This document shows, in pieces, positions 57,913-61,603 of a DNA stretch of 61,603 nt. Positions within the stretch are counted from its first letter, which is position 1, and every line of letters begins with the position of its first letter. Position numbers and translations under genes: made by a program. The notes under the pieces were generated by a model. It did no database searches, had not been told where the DNA came from, and saw only the letters and a list, made by a program, of their open reading frames with translations. Source of the DNA: a virus (taxonomy: Duplodnaviria > Caudoviricetes); the IMG/VR virus record IMGVR_UViG_3300032322_001005, positions 1 through 61,603 of that record. One strand, given 5' to 3'.

Positions 57913-58139
57913 CGGTAGGAGGCAGCTTTCGCTGCGATCTTCTTGGGTTGCTTGACGAATTGTTTGCCCGCGCGATTGCCTTTAGCCTTCGCTCGGTTCG
58001 TAGCTGCTTTCTCTGAGGGACTAAGGGATTTCCACGCAGCCTTAGGGAGATAACGTTTCTTGCCCTTGGATGGCGACCCGTCAGAGGTTGTCCACTCCTG
58101 TTCCGTCCATCGCTTGAGAGATTGTTGCGGAGCTTTCAA
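57909..58139 (-). CDS. DUF5872-like protein, C-terminal half
   Basis: QQSLKRWTEQEWTT...RYLPKAAW..LS..EKAATNRAK. Confidence 0.6.
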   Translation of the reverse strand: MKAPQQSLKRWTEQEWTTSDGSPSKGKKRYLPKAAWKSLSPSEKAATNRAKAKGNRAGKQFVKQPKKIAAKAASYR

Positions 58140-58315
58140 TTTTTGTATCCTCCTCCAGCCTTTTTGTATTGAGAAGCAAGTAGTTGTGCCTTCCTCGCAC
58201 TCCACTCTCCGGGGTCGCCGCCTTTAGTTCCAGCCTTGATCTTGTTGAACAAGCGTTTCCTCATCGTTGGCTTGGTGTAGTTCCCAGCCGCGTTGACTTT
58301 GCTTTTTGCTTTCAA
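58136..58315 (-). CDS. DUF5872-like protein, N-terminal half (not in ORF track)
   Basis: NYTKPTMRKRLFNKIKAGTKGGDPGEWSARKAQLLASQYKKAGGGYK. Confidence 0.6.
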   Translation of the reverse strand: MKAKSKVNAAGNYTKPTMRKRLFNKIKAGTKGGDPGEWSARKAQLLASQYKKAGGGYKN

Positions 58316-58319
58316 GGGA

Positions 58320-58502
58320 CTATTTCTTTTTGACTCCAGCCGACCTGAGCGCGATGGCTACTGCTTGGCGACGGCTCTTGACGATTGGTGCCTTTTTCGG
58401 CCCCTTCGGGTTGACTCCGCCGTGCAGTTTACCTGCCTTGTATTCCCGCATGACGGTGGCGATTTTGTTTTGTTGTCCTTTTTTTGTTGTGGGCTTTTTC
58501 AT
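58320..58502 (-). CDS. small basic protein (DUF6496-like)
   Basis: KIATVMREYKAGKLH...VKSRRQAVAIAL. Confidence 0.65.
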   Translation of the reverse strand: MKKPTTKKGQQNKIATVMREYKAGKLHGGVNPKGPKKAPIVKSRRQAVAIALRSAGVKKK

Positions 58503-58503
58503 A

Positions 58504-58689
58504 TTAAGCGAAGTATTTGTTGCACATTCCTGCAATGTTGTTGATGTTTTCAAGGTGGAGTTTAGCCACCTTCTTTGGTTGTTTACGCTCCATACGAAGC
58601 GCAAAGTTCATGTCTTCAAGATACTTGATGCGTCGCTTAAGCGATTCAACTGTATCTGTCATCTGCTGCATGGTTTTTATTGCACTCAT
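58504..58689 (-). CDS. hypothetical protein
   Basis: MSAIKTMQQ... Confidence 0.5.
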   Translation of the reverse strand: MSAIKTMQQMTDTVESLKRRIKYLEDMNFALRMERKQPKKVAKLHLENINNIAGMCNKYFA

Positions 58690-58907
58690 TTTGTGTTCTC
58701 CTTGTCTTCTTGTTCTACGAATTCTATCTCTGAATAGCCGTCTGCTATACGCCATCCTACGTATATAAGCGCAAGGCATACGAGCGTCAGCCAGATGGGA
58801 AGCCACTGAATAGCGGCGAACAGGATGACTCCAGAGCCGCCGAATATGGAGACTAAGGCGAAGATCGCCAACGCCACATCTCCCCACGTTACTTCTTCGG
58901 GCCGCAT
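58686..58907 (-). CDS. two-TM membrane protein
   Basis: MRPEEVTWGD followed by hydrophobic helices. Confidence 0.55.
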   Translation of the reverse strand: MRPEEVTWGDVALAIFALVSIFGGSGVILFAAIQWLPIWLTLVCLALIYVGWRIADGYSEIEFVEQEDKENTK

Positions 58908-59176
58908 ATAATCTGTTCCATCCCTTCTGTTAGTGTTGCGAAGTATGTCGGCTCGTGCTTGGTGTCCATCAACTTCTCCAGCGCACGGACGAGGACTGCG
59001 CCGAGCTTGAGAATCTCGCGTGTCTCTTCGATACTCTTGACTGTTGACTCGCCAAAGTTTGTGCCAATCTCGTTCTCGTTCTTGTCCACGATGATCGCCC
59101 CGTTCTTTGCGAGAATGTCTTCGCACTCTTGAGCGAGGTCGAGCAGGTGGTTCCAGCGTTCGTTAAAGTATTTCAT
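58889..59176 (-). CDS. hypothetical protein
   Basis: Coupled ORF. Confidence 0.55.
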   Translation of the reverse strand: MKYFNERWNHLLDLAQECEDILAKNGAIIVDKNENEIGTNFGESTVKSIEETREILKLGAVLVRALEKLMDTKHEPTYFATLTEGMEQIICGPKK

Positions 59177-59427
59177 TGTAATTCGATTTTGCAGGAGACT
59201 ACGGGCGTTGGCTTGAGTTGCTTGACTTCTTGCACGATAACAAGTTGGCTAGACCAATCTGTATTCTCTCCGAGTTCGATTGAATCGCTGCAAGAGAACG
59301 TCTCTAAGCAATCTTCTGCGATCCATTTCTCTGCCGCTGCGACGGAATCAAACGGCCCCGTTGCCTCACGGCGTTGCTCGGAACAACATCCGTATTCCAA
59401 GTCTATTACCCAGTATTTGTTTTTCAT
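59173..59427 (-). CDS. hypothetical protein
   Basis: GPFDS..AAE.W motif. Confidence 0.55.
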   Translation of the reverse strand: MKNKYWVIDLEYGCCSEQRREATGPFDSVAAAEKWIAEDCLETFSCSDSIELGENTDWSSQLVIVQEVKQLKPTPVVSCKIELQ

Positions 59428-60452
59428 TTGATTATTTTCTCCAGAATTTCATTGGTTTGTTCGTCAAAGGTTTCTTCCTTCGCCATATCCGTGAGGAACT
59501 CGCGGAGTATGCCTTGGGTTTTGTCGGACAACTGGTGGAAACTTTTCACCAGTGCGACAGCGAAGTGGAACGAGGCTTGCCCTGCGTTACACATCGCACA
59601 CTTAGTAGCGATAATCAGAAGCTCTTCTGCGCCTCCGAATTCTTTAATCCAAGCGGTTGATGATTTATCCAGCTTTTGCAGAGGCTCTTTGCCTTTCAGC
59701 ATGCGGACGTGTGACCGAGCTTCGGCGCATGTCCAGCTTTCTCTACGCGCTTGATCTATCAGCGACTTGATCTGCTCGTTGTTTGTAGCTTCGTCCTCGC
59801 TGAACTTTGCGGTGGCGATCTCGACTGCTACTGTCGGGCTGATCTCGTGGCGCTGGTGTAATGGGATTCGCTGGGCTGTCCGGTGCCAGTTGGACACAGC
59901 AGAGTAGGACATCTTGAGACTGGCTGCGATCTGATAAACAACGTTCTCGTGCCCGAGGCGGATGAGGTTGCTGATTCCATCACCAGCAAGCCACATTCCC
60001 TTTGAAGACATGTCCACGCCCATACCAATAGCTGCGGCGTAGTCTTCAGGTGTAGGGATTGTCCCCTGCTTTGGGCGGAACTGCGTCATGAACTCACCGA
60101 AGTCGAAGCGTTCGGAGAGGCGCGAGTAACTGTTATCGAGTCGAGAGGTAAGCGCGGACTCAAGGATGGACTGCTCCGTGCCCTCTGCTTGTTTAACAAG
60201 TTCGACTGGTAGTTCTTCCAACTCGCCATCGGAGTATTTGATTAAGGCGCATGCTTCTTCAAGCAGCGCCCAGTGATTTTTCGGGGAGTCCTCGTCAATT
60301 TCATCCTCCCGCTCACAGCAAGCGATGAGTTTTAGAGCCGTTTTGATATCTGCCTTGTGCTTTATAGCAAGCATTTCGGCGAACTGCTGGCGAGATACCT
60401 CGCCTGTCGGGAGCTTAAAGGTGGCCCGTAACCTTGGTGTTTGTGTGTTCAT
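59424..60452 (-). CDS. HTH-containing protein (LmbU-like WxxGD plus HTH segment)
   Basis: MWLAGD...IAASLKMSYSAVSNW.R.A..IP..R. Confidence 0.5.
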   Translation of the reverse strand: MNTQTPRLRATFKLPTGEVSRQQFAEMLAIKHKADIKTALKLIACCEREDEIDEDSPKNHWALLEEACALIKYSDGELEELPVELVKQAEGTEQSILESALTSRLDNSYSRLSERFDFGEFMTQFRPKQGTIPTPEDYAAAIGMGVDMSSKGMWLAGDGISNLIRLGHENVVYQIAASLKMSYSAVSNWHRTAQRIPLHQRHEISPTVAVEIATAKFSEDEATNNEQIKSLIDQARRESWTCAEARSHVRMLKGKEPLQKLDKSSTAWIKEFGGAEELLIIATKCAMCNAGQASFHFAVALVKSFHQLSDKTQGILREFLTDMAKEETFDEQTNEILEKIIK

Positions 60453-60485
60453 CGAATTTCGTTGTAGCAAATGACGTGCCAAGTT

Positions 60486-60692
60486 CTATCCCACGTTAAT
60501 GTCACGCTCGTAGCCCTCCTTCTCTGCGCGGCCCTCAAGTGTGCAAATGATCTCGGATGAGAAACTTCTGCGATTCTCGGCGCAGGCTCGCTGGTAATGT
60601 TTGTATAGGGCGACTGGCATTTGGAACCCTACGTAGTGGGTAGGTTCTTGTAGCTTCTTAGCCACAGAGGTGTTTCTTTTTTTCACTGGCAT
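60486..60692 (-). CDS. Arc-like ribbon-helix-helix regulator
   Basis: VGFQMP..LY....A.ENRRSFSSEI..L. Confidence 0.65.
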   Translation of the reverse strand: MPVKKRNTSVAKKLQEPTHYVGFQMPVALYKHYQRACAENRRSFSSEIICTLEGRAEKEGYERDINVG

Positions 60693-60961
60693 GATTCGCA
60701 CTCCTCGTCCAAGTTGCATTGCGGCGTGATAACTTCGCTTGGGATATCGTCATCTTCCGCAAACTTGGGCTTTGCCTCAGGAACATTTGTCCCAGAGTCT
60801 TTTTCTTTTAAAAGGTTCTCGTTTATCTCCATAATCTTATATGAATAAGTTCCGGCTGGAATAGTATGAACCCAGAACTGGGCCTCGCCGTGGGTAGAGA
60901 ACCACTTTCCGTATGTCCACTCCGTCGAGTTGACGGGCTTTGCGAGTAACAAGTATCCCAT
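60683..60961 (-). CDS. hypothetical protein with CESCQ C-terminus
   Basis: Ends CNLDEECESCQ. Confidence 0.5.
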   Translation of the reverse strand: MGYLLLAKPVNSTEWTYGKWFSTHGEAQFWVHTIPAGTYSYKIMEINENLLKEKDSGTNVPEAKPKFAEDDDIPSEVITPQCNLDEECESCQ

Positions 60962-61010
60962 ATCTGATGTGCGGGACGGGATTAGGGGAGTCTCCCGCCC
61001 CGCTTGCCCC

Positions 61011-61235
61011 TCAGAAATCGTTGTCCGAATCGACTCGCTGTCCGTTCACGACAACTTTCGCCTCGCTAATCTTGAGCGAAAGGAATGTCGCGCCTTTCTG
61101 GCTGGTCTTCTTCCAGCCAGCGAGTGCGTAGTCTTTGCCGTCAACGTTGATGTTGCCGTCGTAGTCTGGTTGCTTCTCGTTCTTCTTGTTCTTCTTAACG
61201 AAGAGAACACCGCGATTTGTTTGGTCGAATGCCAT
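61011..61235 (-). CDS. small ssDNA-binding-like protein (DUF736-like)
   Basis: GVLF.K..K..KQPDY.G.I.V.G..Y.LAGW.K...FLSL; acidic DNDF tail. Confidence 0.65.
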   Translation of the reverse strand: MAFDQTNRGVLFVKKNKKNEKQPDYDGNINVDGKDYALAGWKKTSQKGATFLSLKISEAKVVVNGQRVDSDNDF

Positions 61236-61243
61236 TGTATTTG

Positions 61244-61603
61244 TTAGGGTTGTGCAACCGCACGATAGGCGATCACGTCTTGTTTGATTTTGGCGATCCC
61301 ATCCGCGAGGAATGCCGCCGAGGTTGTGTCTGACATGCGGAAGAAGTCGTTGGCTTTGGCAGGAACACGCTCGTCCTTCTGCCATTTGCTCGTTGCGAGG
61401 AACTCGTCTGGAGTAATGTCCTCCTGTATTAGCTGCTCGAAAAGTGCCTTGTGGTTCTCGCCGTTGAAGCGTTTGCCTGTAGCTTCTTTAGCTGGGGCTT
61501 CCGCTGTCTCTACCTTCGGGGCGGGTTTGGACGATTCTACGGGCTTTGTAGGCGCAGCATTAGGCTTTCCTTGGGGGCGTCCCATTGCCGCTTCTCCGTC
61601 ATC
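61244..61603 (-). CDS. erf: ERF-family ssDNA annealing protein, C-terminal part (5' truncated)
   Basis: Reading frame enters from the contig end as DDGEAAMGR, the ERF DDDG motif; upstream of the SSB-like gene. Confidence 0.55.
   Translation of the reverse strand, partial: DDGEAAMGRPQGKPNAAPTKPVESSKPAPKVETAEAPAKEATGKRFNGENHKALFEQLIQEDITPDEFLATSKWQKDERVPAKANDFFRMSDTTSAAFLADGIAKIKQDVIAYRAVAQP

Noticed and set aside
60965-61008. GC-rich hairpin after the SSB-like gene as a third C4-like leader
   Set aside because: A single stem without the dual loop/linker complementarity; probably a stabiliser or weak terminator

Overview
Near-complete genome (about 61.6 kb) of a tailed dsDNA bacteriophage with podovirus-like organisation. 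It has a portal, scaffold, major capsid protein, head-tail adaptor, many fibre/decoration genes and large ejection-type proteins. I found no tape measure, sheath, integrase or repressor. The window also holds a GH108 lysis cassette, a large glycosyltransferase/methyltransferase block interrupted by an inverted terminase large subunit, a distant terminase small subunit, and replication/recombination genes (AEP primase, DnaB, ERF fragment, SSB-like, RuvC-like, dCMP deaminase). The host is unknown; SD-poor AC-rich leaders and sigma54-type promoters would fit a PVC-group (Verrucomicrobia-like) host, which is weak inference. The most unusual content is regulatory and non-coding. (1) Two cassettes of HTH replication initiator, iterons and HNH gene, each preceded by an RNA leader with the same co-varying C4-antisense-like architecture. 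(2) A promoter-sRNA-terminator unit complementary to the start codons of several phage genes. (3) Three tandem sigma54-type promoters ahead of the early genes. (4) A 340-nt highly structured intergenic RNA candidate. (5) Widespread leaderless promoters, tRNA T-loop hairpins and apparent CCWGG avoidance. The 5' poly-C is probably a sequencing artefact. All calls come from motif reading by eye; no searches were run.
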